Notes: generated from the letters alone by a model not told the origin. DNA of 64,000 bases from an uncultured Alphaproteobacteria bacterium (GCA_902528805.1 CABZUC010000001.1:16908-80907), one strand, 5' to 3'; shown: positions 48,445-60,607, numbered from the stretch's first letter. Numbers and translations: made by a program.

Positions 48445-49776
48445 TCATGATTTTTTAGAAAAAGCTATGGCATTTTTTTGATTTGTTTCAAGGTTTTTTA
48501 ATGAAAAATCCTTAATTAACTCATGAAAAAGCTTATACCAATTTATTTCTGCTTTCAGGTGGATAAAGATTGATCCAAGTCCGACAGCGGCTCTATCCAT
48601 GAATACAAACTCTCTTGGTGGTTTAACCCCACCATATTTTCTCAATTCTTTGTGAACTTCTCCAGCAATTTTAGCACCATATATTCCGCTGTCTGAGTCT
48701 TGTATTCTTCTAACTTCATTTTTTAAAATAGGGTCATATAAAAAAAGAGCCCATTTATTTAAAACATTCATAAGCTTGTCATCAATATCTTTAAATCCCC
48801 AGACCTTATAAGCCAGTTTAATTTTTTCGTTATTTTTTTCTTTAAGAGCAAAATATAAATCAATTACGCCTTTTACAAATTTGGCTGGAAAAATTCTTAC
48901 ACAACCGTAATCAAACAAGTTTATGTTATTTTCTTTATTTACTGAGTAATTACCAAGGTGAGGATCACCATGAATGATTCCATATTTATAAAATGGATAG
49001 TACCAGGCCATAAATAATTTTTTTGCTAAATCATTTCTTACTTTTTGAGATGAATTTTTGTATTCAATAAGCTTTTTCCCATCAAGATATTCCATAACTA
49101 ATAATCTTTGGGTTGAAAGTTTTTTATATACTTTAGGAATTTTAATAAATGTATTTTTTTTGTGCATGTAATCAAAAATCTTGAGGTGACGATGCTCTAA
49201 TTGATAATCTAATTCTTCTTTTAGCCTTGCCTCAATTTCTTTATAAATTTCTCTTATTTGTATTGATTTATTATAACTAGAGTAAATTTTAAAAATTATT
49301 TTTAGTTGATTAAGGTCTGCAATTACTGCTGAGGACATATCTGGATATTGTAATTTACAAGCCACAATTTCGTTGCCATTTAATTTAGCTTTATGGACTT
49401 GACCTAAGGAAGCTGCAAAACTTGCATCTTTTTCAAAATCTGTAAAATTCTTCTCCCAATTTTCTCCTAACTCAGCTTTCATTCTCCTTTTAACAAAGAC
49501 CCATGACATAGGAGGGGCATTAGATTGTAATTCTGCAAGTTTTCTTGCGTATTCTTCAGGGAGTAAATCAGGAATAGTCGCGCTTAATTGAGCAACTTTC
49601 ATTAAAGGGCCTTTTAGATTACCCAATATCTCAGTTATCTGAGCTGCATATTTTTGATCGCTTAAATCAAAATTTAAATACTTTTTTCCAGCAAACTTTG
49701 TCGCAAGCGAAGTCATAGAAGTTGTTACTTTGGAGTATCTTTTAACTCTGGAAACTAAATTGTTGTCTTCTTTCAT
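48445..49776 (-). CDS. ABC1/AarF/UbiB-family atypical kinase
   Basis: LKGP.MK..Q, AASLGQVH, KLQYP, EELDY, HGDPH.GN and DYG. Confidence 0.93.
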   Translation of the reverse strand: MKEDNNLVSRVKRYSKVTTSMTSLATKFAGKKYLNFDLSDQKYAAQITEILGNLKGPLMKVAQLSATIPDLLPEEYARKLAELQSNAPPMSWVFVKRRMKAELGENWEKNFTDFEKDASFAASLGQVHKAKLNGNEIVACKLQYPDMSSAVIADLNQLKIIFKIYSSYNKSIQIREIYKEIEARLKEELDYQLEHRHLKIFDYMHKKNTFIKIPKVYKKLSTQRLLVMEYLDGKKLIEYKNSSQKVRNDLAKKLFMAWYYPFYKYGIIHGDPHLGNYSVNKENNINLFDYGCVRIFPAKFVKGVIDLYFALKEKNNEKIKLAYKVWGFKDIDDKLMNVLNKWALFLYDPILKNEVRRIQDSDSGIYGAKIAGEVHKELRKYGGVKPPREFVFMDRAAVGLGSIFIHLKAEINWYKLFHELIKDFSLKNLETNQKNAIAFSKKS

Positions 49777-49782
49777 TTTATC

Positions 49783-51534
49783 TTAAATAGTCTTTTCAAA
49801 TTCATCTATTAAACTAGAAATCATTGAGAGTCCTTTTTGCCAACTATCTTTTTGTTTAAGGTCAACGTTAAAGGGTTTGAGTACTTCACTATAGTGCTTT
49901 GAACCACCACTCTTTAAAAGATCAATATAACTTTCCTTAAAATTTGGAAGACCCTCATCGTAAAGTTGAATTAATATATTTACTAAACAGTCTCCAAATG
50001 CATAAGCATAGACATAAAAAGGGGTATGGATAAAATGAGGAATATAAGTCCAAAAATATTTATATCCGTCAGTTAATTCGATATTAGGACCCAGACTTTC
50101 TGATTGTGTTTTCATCCAAAAATCACAAAGTTGATCTGATGATAGTTCACCTTTTTTTCTTTCGTTATGCACTAATTTTTCAAATTCAAAAAATGATATC
50201 TGTCTAACAACTGTGTTAATCATATCTTCTATTTTTGAAGCTAATAGATATTTTCTTGCCTCTTGATCACTATCAACTAGAAGTGTTCGAAAAGTCATCA
50301 TTTCTCCAAAGACACTTGCAGTTTCAGCAAGCGTAAGGGGTGTACTGGATAAAAGTAATCCTTGTTTTGCAGATAAATATTGATGACATCCATGACCAAG
50401 TTCATGTGCTAAAGTCATCACGTCTCTAGTTTTTCCATGAAAATTTGTCAAAATGTAAGGATGGATAGAAGGAATAGTAGACGCAGCAAATGCACCTGGT
50501 GATTTGCCTGATTTTAATTCTGCATCAATCCAACTATTATTAAAAAATAATAATGCAATATCTTTAAAACTTTCATCAAAGTTAGCATAGGAACGCAATA
50601 CGATATCTTTGGCCTCTGACCAATTAATCTTTTTATTTGGTGAGTCAGGATATGGAGCGTTTCTATCCCAATAATTTAATTTCTCTCGATTAAAAAGTTT
50701 TGCCTTAATTTTATAATATCTATGTGAAATATTCTTATAATTTGAGGTAACACTTTGAGTCAATGCTTCAACAACCTCATTTTCGACATTATTTGCTAAA
50801 TTTCTAGAGTCAATTGGAGAGTTATATTTTCTCCACTTATCATTGGTAATTTTATCTTTTGCTAGAGTATTAGTTATAAAAGAGAAAGTTTTGACGTTTG
50901 ATTTGAAAACTTTTTCAATGCTCTGAGCAGCTTTTTCTCTAGTCGTTGCATTATGATCAGATAATAAGTTTAAAGCCTCAGAGCTATTTAGATTTTTATC
51001 ATCAATTTTAAATTTTAAATCGTTTATTTGTTCTTCAAAAAATCTGACCCATGAAGAATTAGAGGTTAAATTTTTATCTAAGAAAATCATTTCACTTTTT
51101 TCATCAAGTTGATGTTGTTTGTATCGGCGAATGTTTGTTAACCAATTTTTATATATACCTGCACCTGATAAAAATTTTTCAAATTCTAAGTCATCTGATG
51201 CATTTAATTCATTGGTAAAAAAAATTAAATTAGATGATATTTCAGTGAGTTTTTCATTGATGCCTTGGTAAAATTGTACGGTATCTTGATCGTTCATATT
51301 TGTTGCATAAATTAAAAAAGCATAGTTTCCGAGCTTGTCTCCAAGTTCATTACCATCCTCATACTCTTTTATAATAGTCTCAAGTTTTTGACTTTGAGCA
51401 ATTAGTTTTCCTTTATATTTATCATTAAAGGATATTGAAAATTTTTTAAATTCTTCTAAATCAAGTTCTATTTGCTCATCTTTAATAGAAGAGTAAAAAT
51501 CTCCTAAGTTCCAATTTGGTAGTTTGTCAGTCAT
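49783..51534 (-). CDS. pepF: Oligoendopeptidase F (M3B)
   Basis: TLAHELGHG.H, AETAS.F.E and HF...PFYVYAY. Confidence 0.93.
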   Translation of the reverse strand: MTDKLPNWNLGDFYSSIKDEQIELDLEEFKKFSISFNDKYKGKLIAQSQKLETIIKEYEDGNELGDKLGNYAFLIYATNMNDQDTVQFYQGINEKLTEISSNLIFFTNELNASDDLEFEKFLSGAGIYKNWLTNIRRYKQHQLDEKSEMIFLDKNLTSNSSWVRFFEEQINDLKFKIDDKNLNSSEALNLLSDHNATTREKAAQSIEKVFKSNVKTFSFITNTLAKDKITNDKWRKYNSPIDSRNLANNVENEVVEALTQSVTSNYKNISHRYYKIKAKLFNREKLNYWDRNAPYPDSPNKKINWSEAKDIVLRSYANFDESFKDIALLFFNNSWIDAELKSGKSPGAFAASTIPSIHPYILTNFHGKTRDVMTLAHELGHGCHQYLSAKQGLLLSSTPLTLAETASVFGEMMTFRTLLVDSDQEARKYLLASKIEDMINTVVRQISFFEFEKLVHNERKKGELSSDQLCDFWMKTQSESLGPNIELTDGYKYFWTYIPHFIHTPFYVYAYAFGDCLVNILIQLYDEGLPNFKESYIDLLKSGGSKHYSEVLKPFNVDLKQKDSWQKGLSMISSLIDEFEKTI

Positions 51535-51546
51535 TTAATTTATTGT

Positions 51547-51840
51547 TTATTTTTTATTGAATTGTTCTTTTTGTTCTTTTGTTGCCTCTAATTGATATTT
51601 ATTTTTCCACTCAGAATAAGACATTCCATAAATAATCTTTCTTGATTCTTCATAGTCTAGATCATAGTCTTCCTCTTTTGCATATTTTACATACCATTTT
51701 GACAGACAGTTTCTACAAAATCCACTTAGATTCATTAAGTCTATGTTTTGTACATCGGTTCTCTCTCTTAAATGGTTAATCAAATGATCAAGCACATTGG
51801 CTTTGATTTTGTATTCTTGCTCTTTAGATATTTTACTCAT
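51547..51840 (-). CDS. DUF1244 family protein
   Basis: HLR.R.DVQNIDLM.L.GFCRNCL.KW and YGM.Y.EWK. Confidence 0.92.
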   Translation of the reverse strand: MSKISKEQEYKIKANVLDHLINHLRERTDVQNIDLMNLSGFCRNCLSKWYVKYAKEEDYDLDYEESRKIIYGMSYSEWKNKYQLEATKEQKEQFNKK

Positions 51841-51887
51841 GGTAATTTACTAATATCATGTTATTTATTAATTTCTAAACAAATCAA

Positions 51888-53324
51888 ATGAAATTAAGAA
51901 ATCGAAAAGCTAAAATTGTTGCTACTTTAGGACCAGCTTGTGAAACTGAAAAAGCAATTGAGGAATTATTTTTATCAGGCGCAGATGTATTTCGTTTAAA
52001 TTTTAGTCACGGTAAACATGAAGATCACAAAAAAAAAGTAAAAATTATTCGTAACTTAGAGAAGAAATATGACCGTTATATTTGTATTTTAGGTGACCTT
52101 CAGGGCCCAAAATTTAGAGTTGGTAGATTTTTAAATGTTAAAGAACAATTAAAGAAAAACCAAATATTCACATTTGATCAAAATAAAAAAGAAGGTAATA
52201 ATTCTCGTGTTTATCTACCACATAAAGAAATTTTTAAATCTATCGCTATTGGACAAAGACTTTTAGTTAATGATGGTAAAGTAAGATTAAGAGTAAAGTC
52301 AAAATCTTCATCTGCAATAAAGTGTGTTGTTACCGACGGTGGTGAAATTTCAAATAATAAAGGTTTAAACATACCAGATACAAAACTTGATTTAAAAATT
52401 ATTACGTCAAAAGATAAAAAAGATCTTGAACTAGCAATCAAGCTTGATGTTGATTGGATTGCCCTTTCGTTTATTCAAAGTACTAAAGACTTAGTTACAG
52501 CAAAAAAACTAATACCTGCAAAATTTAAAGTCATGGTTAAAGTAGAAAAACCATCTGCAATGGATGAAATAGAAAAGATAACTGAAAATTGTGATGGAAT
52601 AATGGTAGCAAGAGGAGATTTGGGTGTGGAAACAAATCCTGAAGATGTTCCTATTCACCAAAGAACAATGGTTGCGGCTTGTAGAAAATTTGGAAAGCCA
52701 TGTATTGTTGCAACTCAAATGCTAGAAAGTATGATTGACTCACCAACACCAACGCGAGCTGAAGCCTCTGATGTTGCAACAGCTGTATTCCAAGGTGTCG
52801 ATGCTGTCATGTTGTCTGCAGAGTCAGCAGCAGGTAATTATCCAAAAGAGTCAGTAGAAATGATGGATAAAATTATAAAGCGAGTTGAGAGTGATCCTAA
52901 ATATTTAGCTAATATTCAAAACTACAATTTAAATGTAGTAAAGACATCTACTGAGGCTATTGCAACAGCTGCACTTGAAGTGGCAAATATAGCTGAATGC
53001 AATTGTATTGCTACCTTCTCTCAAACAGGAAGATCTGTTTTAAGAGTTGCTAGAATGAGACCTGATGTAACTTTAATAGGATTGACAACTAACAGAAAAG
53101 TAGCTCGTCAAAATATTTTGACTTGGGGTACTTTTATGGACGTAGTTGATGAGATTTCATCATCCTCAGAAATGGTAGATCGCGCCTGTAAAATAGCAAA
53201 AATAAGAAAAATATTAAAACATGGAGATAAAATAATCATCACTGCGGGTGTTCCTTTTGGAAAAGTTGGTACAACTAACACTCTTAGAATAGCAAAAATA
53301 ATTTCTGCGAGTAAATTAACTTAA
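51888..53324 (+). CDS. pyk: Pyruvate kinase
   Basis: KIVATLGP, RLNFSHG, DLQGPK, MVARGDLGVE, ATQMLESM and PTRAE. Confidence 0.98.
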   Translation: MKLRNRKAKIVATLGPACETEKAIEELFLSGADVFRLNFSHGKHEDHKKKVKIIRNLEKKYDRYICILGDLQGPKFRVGRFLNVKEQLKKNQIFTFDQNKKEGNNSRVYLPHKEIFKSIAIGQRLLVNDGKVRLRVKSKSSSAIKCVVTDGGEISNNKGLNIPDTKLDLKIITSKDKKDLELAIKLDVDWIALSFIQSTKDLVTAKKLIPAKFKVMVKVEKPSAMDEIEKITENCDGIMVARGDLGVETNPEDVPIHQRTMVAACRKFGKPCIVATQMLESMIDSPTPTRAEASDVATAVFQGVDAVMLSAESAAGNYPKESVEMMDKIIKRVESDPKYLANIQNYNLNVVKTSTEAIATAALEVANIAECNCIATFSQTGRSVLRVARMRPDVTLIGLTTNRKVARQNILTWGTFMDVVDEISSSSEMVDRACKIAKIRKILKHGDKIIITAGVPFGKVGTTNTLRIAKIISASKLT

Positions 53325-54512
53325 TTTAGCACAAGCTTCTTTAATTCTCTGGCAAGCATCCTCTAATATTGAATCAGAGGTTGCATAAGATATTCTAAAA
53401 AAACCTTCTAAACCAAAAGCCGAGCCCTGAACTCCAGCAACCCCAACCTCTTCAAGAAGATAATCCATAAAGTCGCCATCTTTGGAAAGTTTCTTACCTG
53501 ACTGCGTTGTCTTTCCTAAAACTCCTTTACAAGAAGCAAAAACATAAAAAGCACCTTCTGGTGTTCTGCAAGATAATCCTGGTGTTTCATTTAAATGCTT
53601 AACCACTAAGTTGCGTCTCCTTAAAAATGACTCATTGTTTGATATGATAAAACTTTGATCTCCATTAAGTGCTTCCACTGATGCCGCCATTGAAATAGAT
53701 GCTGTTGAGGATACGTTTTGGGATTGAACTTTGTTCATTGCATTGATGAGATTTGTTGGACCTGCAGCATAACCTACTCTCCAGCCAGTCATGCAATAAG
53801 ACTTAGATAATCCGTTCATAGTTAAAGTTCTCTCTTTTAAAAAAGGACAAACCTCTGCTATTGTTTTAAATTCATTAGTGTCGTATATAATTTTTTCATA
53901 AATATCATCAGATAGAATGTAAATATTTTCATGTTTCTGAAGAACATCACCAAGGGCCATTAGTTCCTCTTTGGAGTACATCGATCCAGTAGGGTTACTT
54001 GGGCTGTTAAGCATTAACCATTTTGTTTTTGGGTTAATATGCTTTTCTAAATCTTCAGGTGTAATTTTAAAATCATTTTGCTCACCACATTCAACAATTA
54101 CAGGTTTTCCGTCATTTAAAATAACAATATCTGGATAACTCACCCAATACGGTGCAGGAATAATAACTTCATCACCACTATTAATAGTTGCTGAAAAAGC
54201 ATTATAAATTATATGTTTACCCCCAACTCCAACTGTAATATTACCAAGTTCATAGTCTAAATTGTTGTCTCTTTGAAATTTTTTTTGAATTGCAAGCTGT
54301 AAGTCTGGGGTACCTTTGCCTGGAACATATTTTGTAAAACCATTATTAATTGCCTCGATAGCAGCACTTTTTATATGTTCTGGAGTGTCAAAGTCTGGCT
54401 CTCCGGCTGCTAAAACAATTACATCTTTTCCGGCCCTTTTTAACTCCTGTGCCTTCATGTTTGTGGCTATTGTTAAAGAGGGTTTTATGTTATTTACTCT
54501 ATTTGAAATCAT
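53316..54512 (-). CDS. aatA: Aspartate aminotransferase (class I PLP)
   Basis: GEPDF.TP, PYWVSY, NSPSNPTG, DDIYE and SKSY.MTGWR.G. Confidence 0.9.
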   Translation of the reverse strand: MISNRVNNIKPSLTIATNMKAQELKRAGKDVIVLAAGEPDFDTPEHIKSAAIEAINNGFTKYVPGKGTPDLQLAIQKKFQRDNNLDYELGNITVGVGGKHIIYNAFSATINSGDEVIIPAPYWVSYPDIVILNDGKPVIVECGEQNDFKITPEDLEKHINPKTKWLMLNSPSNPTGSMYSKEELMALGDVLQKHENIYILSDDIYEKIIYDTNEFKTIAEVCPFLKERTLTMNGLSKSYCMTGWRVGYAAGPTNLINAMNKVQSQNVSSTASISMAASVEALNGDQSFIISNNESFLRRRNLVVKHLNETPGLSCRTPEGAFYVFASCKGVLGKTTQSGKKLSKDGDFMDYLLEEVGVAGVQGSAFGLEGFFRISYATSDSILEDACQRIKEACAKLS

Positions 54513-54559
54513 TTTTTTTATTTAGTTATCTATAAACTTATTTATAAATTTCTACAAGC

Positions 54560-56542
54560 ATGGCATTTAAAATAGTAAGTGAAAATAAACCAAAAGGAGA
54601 TCAGCCACAGGCGATCAAAAAATTAATTGAAGGTTTAGATAATAGAAAACAAAGTCAAGTACTACTCGGCGTAACTGGCTCTGGAAAAACATTTACAATT
54701 GCAAATGTCATTGAAAAATATAATAGACCCACATTAATTATGGCTCCGAATAAAACCCTAGCTGCCCAACTTTATGAAGAATTAAAAATATTGTTTCCTG
54801 AAAATGCTGTTGAATATTTTGTGAGTTATTATGATTATTATCAACCAGAAGCATATGTTCCCAGATCAGATACATTTATAGAAAAGGAGTCGTCTATTAA
54901 TGAACAAATAGATCGGTTTAGGCACTCTGCCACAAGATCTTTAGTAGAAAGAGAAGATGTGATTATCGTAGCAAGTGTTTCATGTATTTACGGTATTGGG
55001 TCTGTAGACTCTTACTCCAAAATGACTCTAGAAATAAAAAAAGGACAAAACATTAATTTAATGGAGTTCTTGAGAGAATTAGTAGAGTTACAATATAAAA
55101 GAAATAATATTGACTTTAGAAGAGGTATGTTTCGTGTAACTGGAGATCGTGTTGACATTTTTCCTGCACACTTAGAAGATATTGCATGGAGAGTAAGTTT
55201 TTTTGGAGACGAAGTAGAGGAAATTAAAGAGTTTGATCCGTTGACAGGAGAATTTATTCAAAACTTTGAAGAAGTAAAAATTTTTGCGAATAGTCACTAT
55301 ATAACTCCCAAGCCACGATTAGAGAATGCAATTAAAGAGATTAAGAAAGATTTAAAAATAAGACTAGAGGAGTTTGATAAGGAAAAAAAACTATTAGAAT
55401 TTCAAAGATTAAAAGAAAGAACTAATTTTGATTTAGAAATGATTCAAGCTACTGGAACATGTTCTGGAATTGAAAATTATTCTAGATATCTAAGTGGTAG
55501 ACAACCTGGCGAGGCACCGCCTACTTTATACGAGTTTATTCCAGAAAATGCGCTACTAATTATTGATGAGTCTCATGTATCTGTTCCTCAAATAACTGGA
55601 ATGTATAAAGGTGACAGATCAAGAAAAAAAACACTTTCTGATTATGGTTTCAGACTTCCGTCTGCATTAGATAACCGTCCTTTAACTTTTGAAGAGTGGA
55701 ATATGATGCGTCCGCCTACAATTTTTTTATCTGCAACTCCAGGTCCTTGGGAGTTAAATGAAGTTGAAAACAAATATATTGAGCAAATTATTCGACCAAC
55801 TGGCTTAATTGACCCTGAGTGTGTGATAAAAACAACAGTCAACCAAGTGGAAGATTTGATGGGTGAAATACAAACTACTCTAAGTAATAAAAATCGAGTG
55901 CTAATCACAACTCTTACCAAAAAAAATGCTGAGGATTTAACAAATTATTTAAAAGAACATAATTTTAAAGTTGAATATATGCACTCTGATGTTGAAACAA
56001 TTGATAGAATAAAACTTATTCGCTCTTTGAGAATAGGAGAAATTGATATTTTAATTGGTATAAATTTACTAAGAGAGGGTCTGGATATACCCGAATGTGG
56101 TTTGGTAGCTATCCTTGATGCTGATAAAGAAGGATACTTAAGGTCAAAAACAAGTTTAGTTCAGACTATAGGTCGAGCGGCAAGAAATATTAATGGTAAA
56201 GTAATATTATACGCAGATATTATTACTAAAAGTATCAAAGCAGCTCTAGAAGAGACAGAATATAGAAAAACTAAACAGATTGAATTTAATAAAAAAAATA
56301 GCATTACACCTCAATCTGTAAAAAGAAATATTGGTGAAATTATTGAAAGCATATACGAGAAAGATAGCTATACTGTTGGTACATCTGAAGTAGAGAAATT
56401 GAGCCCAAATAAGTTTGAAAAACATGTTCAAAAATTAGAGAAAAAGATGTTAACTGCGGCTGAAAATTTAGATTTTGAAAAAGCTGCAATATTTAGAGAC
56501 GAAATTAGAAAACTAAAAAAAGATCAAATGGGTATGAATTGA
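54560..56542 (+). CDS. uvrB: Excinuclease ABC subunit B
   Basis: [37 protein letters not shown] and a C-terminal UVR domain. Confidence 0.99.
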   Translation: MAFKIVSENKPKGDQPQAIKKLIEGLDNRKQSQVLLGVTGSGKTFTIANVIEKYNRPTLIMAPNKTLAAQLYEELKILFPENAVEYFVSYYDYYQPEAYVPRSDTFIEKESSINEQIDRFRHSATRSLVEREDVIIVASVSCIYGIGSVDSYSKMTLEIKKGQNINLMEFLRELVELQYKRNNIDFRRGMFRVTGDRVDIFPAHLEDIAWRVSFFGDEVEEIKEFDPLTGEFIQNFEEVKIFANSHYITPKPRLENAIKEIKKDLKIRLEEFDKEKKLLEFQRLKERTNFDLEMIQATGTCSGIENYSRYLSGRQPGEAPPTLYEFIPENALLIIDESHVSVPQITGMYKGDRSRKKTLSDYGFRLPSALDNRPLTFEEWNMMRPPTIFLSATPGPWELNEVENKYIEQIIRPTGLIDPECVIKTTVNQVEDLMGEIQTTLSNKNRVLITTLTKKNAEDLTNYLKEHNFKVEYMHSDVETIDRIKLIRSLRIGEIDILIGINLLREGLDIPECGLVAILDADKEGYLRSKTSLVQTIGRAARNINGKVILYADIITKSIKAALEETEYRKTKQIEFNKKNSITPQSVKRNIGEIIESIYEKDSYTVGTSEVEKLSPNKFEKHVQKLEKKMLTAAENLDFEKAAIFRDEIRKLKKDQMGMN

Positions 56543-57465
56543 TTGAAAGTTTTATAGGAGTATTAATAAGTCTTATCGTTTTAATATGGTCATGTGATTT
56601 AGCTATTAAAAATTCAATAATTGTATCACAAATATATAAAATCAGACCTATCCTAGTAGGTATATTTATTATTGCTATTGGCACCTCTCTCCCTGAATTC
56701 GCAGCAACATTTCAAGCATTAAAATTAAATTCTATTGGAATAGTTGCAGGTAATCTTGTAGGAAGCAACATAGCAAATATATTGTTAGTAGGTGGTATTA
56801 TGCTTTACCCAATTACTAAGCTAGTAACTGAGGAAAGAGATAAAAGTACTTTTTTATTTTTCTTAATTTTTTCAATTACTTTTTTTATTTTTATTATTTT
56901 TAACTTTAACCTTGGATATCTATCTGGATTTTTTCTCTTTGGAATACTCTGTTTTTTTATTTTTTTTGAAGTAAGAAAACCTATTGATGAAGCCTCTACA
57001 AAAGTTGATTTAAAAAATCTATCAACTTATATTATTTTTTTAAAAATATTACTAGCCTTTATTGCTTTATTTTATAGTTCTAAATACTTCATCGTATATG
57101 CGAAAAACTTAACTAGTATATTTGGAGTGGCTGAAACAACTATTGGGATAACAATAGTTGCTTTTGGGACATCCTTACCTGAGGTAATTGCTACAATTCT
57201 TTCAATTGTCAAAAAACAAAATAATTTGGCAATTGGAAATATTTTGGGCTCAAACATTGCTAACGTCTTTGGAATAACGATTATTGCCATACTGATTAAT
57301 GGGAGTATAAATTTTTATGAACTACTTGGTTATGTAGATAAATGGTTATTTCTAGCTACATCATTATTATTTTTTGTCATAATTTCTCTAAAAATAGCTG
57401 GTAAATTAATTTCTCTGAGCTTTATATTAGCCTATATAATCTATTTTACGTTCTTATATTTATAA
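56539..57465 (+). CDS. Calcium/sodium antiporter (YrbG-like)
   Basis: Two alpha repeats GTSLPE...GN..GSNIAN. Confidence 0.92.
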   Translation: MIESFIGVLISLIVLIWSCDLAIKNSIIVSQIYKIRPILVGIFIIAIGTSLPEFAATFQALKLNSIGIVAGNLVGSNIANILLVGGIMLYPITKLVTEERDKSTFLFFLIFSITFFIFIIFNFNLGYLSGFFLFGILCFFIFFEVRKPIDEASTKVDLKNLSTYIIFLKILLAFIALFYSSKYFIVYAKNLTSIFGVAETTIGITIVAFGTSLPEVIATILSIVKKQNNLAIGNILGSNIANVFGITIIAILINGSINFYELLGYVDKWLFLATSLLFFVIISLKIAGKLISLSFILAYIIYFTFLYL

Positions 57466-57474
57466 AAGAAATAA

Positions 57475-59667
57475 ATGAAAAAATTAAAAGTTATTATTCC
57501 AATTATAGTTCTTTTATTATTAATTATTTTATTTGGATTAAGTTTTCTAAGATTACCTATTAATTTACTTTCTCAGGAAATAATTGAAAGAGAAACAAAA
57601 GGTTTAGTTAGTTTAAATAGTTTATCTAATCAAACATTAAAAATTTTGCCTAAACCCATTTTATCTATAGACAATTCAAGTTTTAAAATTAATCATAATA
57701 CTTTACAAAGTGACATTGTGGCAAAAGATGTTGAAATTTCTAGGTCATTATTTAATGAAGATGAAATTTCAATTAAGCTTAATCAAGCAAGAATAGAGAA
57801 CATAAATTCTAATTTGATAAATAACTCTATGTTACTAGAGGGCGATATTGACAATTTAAAACTAAATATTTCGTCTGAAGATAATACTTCTCGTATTGTT
57901 ACAAATAAATTTAATTATAAAGGTTCTGATTTATATTTTGATATTTATACTATTGACTCTGATGTAAAAAAAATTGGTTTTACTATAGATGAATTAGAAA
58001 TAGACGAATTAGTATTACTCTTAGGAGAAAATTATCAACAATTATTGAAGAAGATAAACTTTCAAAGTTTAAGTGTAAGTGGTGAATATTTAAAAGAAAT
58101 TATAAATATTGAAAACTTATCAATAACACTTGCAGATAAATCGCAAATTAATGTTAAAGGAACTATCGATTTAAATAATTTAATTAACTCAGATTTAAAT
58201 ATAGGAGGAGAGAATATTTCTACAGATAATTTGTTTCAGCTTGTTAGTAATATTCAAGTCTTAAATAATATTGTAGGTATTCCAAAAGGTATAATTGAAA
58301 CCTTTGACTTAAACTATAATGCCGGTAGTCTAGCTATAAATAATATTTCTTATAAATCCAATAATGAAACGACCATAAGTATAAAAGGATCTATAGAAGA
58401 ATTAAATATTAATAATGCTAATATTAGTACAAATCTAAAATCAAACTCTAAAGCTGATATTTTGGAACTATTAGATTTTTTACCTAATGCAGAATTATTA
58501 AAGCAACTTAAGTTTGATGAAATTCAACTTTCTAGTAATTTTGTGAATAATATTCTGCAATTAAATGAGCTAAATATAATTAATAACGATAGAAATTTTG
58601 CTAGAATCAAAGGTAAATATGAGTTTAATAATATTAACAATTCACAATTAGATATTCAATTAGATGAATTTGACCAATTTAGCTTAATTCCATCAGACAG
58701 CTTAAAAGAATTTTTATCAATTTTAAATTCAGATCACATTAATATGAAGGGCATCATAGATGGGAATATAATAAATATTGAAGATCTTGAGTTTATTAGT
58801 TCAGATGATGTAAATTTATCCATAACGGGTTACCTAGACTTAAATAATTTTAATGATGCTTCAGTCAATATTGGAATTGATAATTTAGATAAAACAAAAT
58901 TATTACAGATAGTCTCTCAATTCTCTACGGATGACTTTTCAAATATTATTGACATAGTCGACTTTGATTTTTTACAAACAAACTTAAAAATTGAACCATT
59001 AAATAATATTTTTTTAATCGAAAATTTAGATCTAATCCATAAAGACAAAATTTCAAATATATCTGGTTCAATTAATAACAGTATGTTTACAGGTTTAATT
59101 GAATTAAAAGAGATAAATTTATCAAAGTTAGATAATTTATTTTTAAATACATCACGAATCAAAGGTAATGTTGATCTATCTTTAAGCGTTCCAGATCCTA
59201 TAGGCCTTGGTAACATTCAAAATATATCTGGAAATATAAATGGAACTATAAATATTAGAGTTTCAGAGGAAGAATTTGCATTAGTTTTATTTATGCAATC
59301 TTTGTCTCAAGATATTTCAGATTTTGAACAAATAAATGAGTTATTAAATACACTTGCAAATTCTTTTATAAATCAAAGTAGCTCAATCAGCGGTCAAATT
59401 ATAAATAAAGATTTGAATAAATTAATAATTGAAGACTTAATCTTATCATCACCAGACAATGAAACGCTAAAAGCAGAACTAGAATTGGCACAAGAAAATT
59501 TTAAACTTACAATTTTTGATATTATTGATAGCGATCATTTCGTAATCAAATATCAAAATGGAAGTTATTCATATGAAAGAATAATACCTGATGGGACGAT
59601 AAAAAAACCTATTGAAGAATTAATTCAAAAAAATATTAATAAGCTTTTTGAAAATTTACTGCAGTGA
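57475..59667 (+). CDS. Membrane-anchored beta-rich repeat protein, AsmA-like
   Basis: N-terminal TM helix, LP.P.L after the anchor, and about five degenerate ~70-75-aa beta/helix repeats. Confidence 0.6.
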   Translation: MKKLKVIIPIIVLLLLIILFGLSFLRLPINLLSQEIIERETKGLVSLNSLSNQTLKILPKPILSIDNSSFKINHNTLQSDIVAKDVEISRSLFNEDEISIKLNQARIENINSNLINNSMLLEGDIDNLKLNISSEDNTSRIVTNKFNYKGSDLYFDIYTIDSDVKKIGFTIDELEIDELVLLLGENYQQLLKKINFQSLSVSGEYLKEIINIENLSITLADKSQINVKGTIDLNNLINSDLNIGGENISTDNLFQLVSNIQVLNNIVGIPKGIIETFDLNYNAGSLAINNISYKSNNETTISIKGSIEELNINNANISTNLKSNSKADILELLDFLPNAELLKQLKFDEIQLSSNFVNNILQLNELNIINNDRNFARIKGKYEFNNINNSQLDIQLDEFDQFSLIPSDSLKEFLSILNSDHINMKGIIDGNIINIEDLEFISSDDVNLSITGYLDLNNFNDASVNIGIDNLDKTKLLQIVSQFSTDDFSNIIDIVDFDFLQTNLKIEPLNNIFLIENLDLIHKDKISNISGSINNSMFTGLIELKEINLSKLDNLFLNTSRIKGNVDLSLSVPDPIGLGNIQNISGNINGTINIRVSEEEFALVLFMQSLSQDISDFEQINELLNTLANSFINQSSSISGQIINKDLNKLIIEDLILSSPDNETLKAELELAQENFKLTIFDIIDSDHFVIKYQNGSYSYERIIPDGTIKKPIEELIQKNINKLFENLLQ

Positions 59668-60600
59668 TTTAAATACAAAATCAATAATATCTTTTTCAAT
59701 CTTGCTATTATTCAATCTGTTGATCTCTTGTATACCTGTAGGAGATGTAATGTTTATTTCTGTTAAATAGCCATCAATTACATCAATACCAACGAAAATT
59801 AAACCATTTTTTATAAGAAATGGCTTTATTTTTTTACAAATAAGCTTTTCTTTTAAAGTGATATTAGTTTTTACAGGCTTACCACCTGCGTGAAAATTAG
59901 CCTTAATACTATTAGTTTTTGGTACTCTTAAAACTCCACCAGCTATTTTTCCATTAATTAAAATAATTCTTTTATCTCCCCTATTAAAATTTTTTAAAAA
60001 TCTTTGAATGATGATTGGGCTATTAGAAAATTTTTTAAGATAGTTTTTGATAAATAAATTGAGATTTGGTTTATTAAAATAAATTTTTTGTATTCCAAGC
60101 CCTCCATTTCCATAGGCTGGTTTTATAATTACTTCTTTATTTTTTTTTATAAACTTTGTAATTATTTCTATATTTGAAGATATTAATGTAGGTGGAGTTA
60201 AATCTGGAAAATTCATCATAATATGCTTTTCTGGAAAGTTTCTAATCTCTTTTGGATTATTAATTAGTAATGGTTTTTTTAATCGATCCAGTAAGTAGGT
60301 ATTGGATATATAATTTAAATCAAATGGTGGATCTTGACGAATAAAAATGGCATTCATTTTTTCTAAATCAATCTCTTTTAGATACATCCTCTGATATGAG
60401 AGCTTATTATTTTTATTTAATTTTAAGCTCAAGACATGAGATTTTATTTTATTAACTTTATTAATCTCACTAAAAACCCAGCTCGGATCATTATAGTAAC
60501 ATTCTATCCCCCTTCTTAAAGACTCACGAATAAGCATATAAGTAGAGTCCTCGTTAATGTTAATTTTCTGAGGATCATCCATTTGAAAAAGAAATTTCAT
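59656..60600 (-). CDS. gshB: Glutathione synthetase
   Basis: QMD, RQDPPF, PEK, KP..G.GG, GDKRI and EINITSPTG. Confidence 0.97.
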   Translation of the reverse strand: MKFLFQMDDPQKININEDSTYMLIRESLRRGIECYYNDPSWVFSEINKVNKIKSHVLSLKLNKNNKLSYQRMYLKEIDLEKMNAIFIRQDPPFDLNYISNTYLLDRLKKPLLINNPKEIRNFPEKHIMMNFPDLTPPTLISSNIEIITKFIKKNKEVIIKPAYGNGGLGIQKIYFNKPNLNLFIKNYLKKFSNSPIIIQRFLKNFNRGDKRIILINGKIAGGVLRVPKTNSIKANFHAGGKPVKTNITLKEKLICKKIKPFLIKNGLIFVGIDVIDGYLTEINITSPTGIQEINRLNNSKIEKDIIDFVFKSLQ

Positions 60601-60607
60601 AATAATT

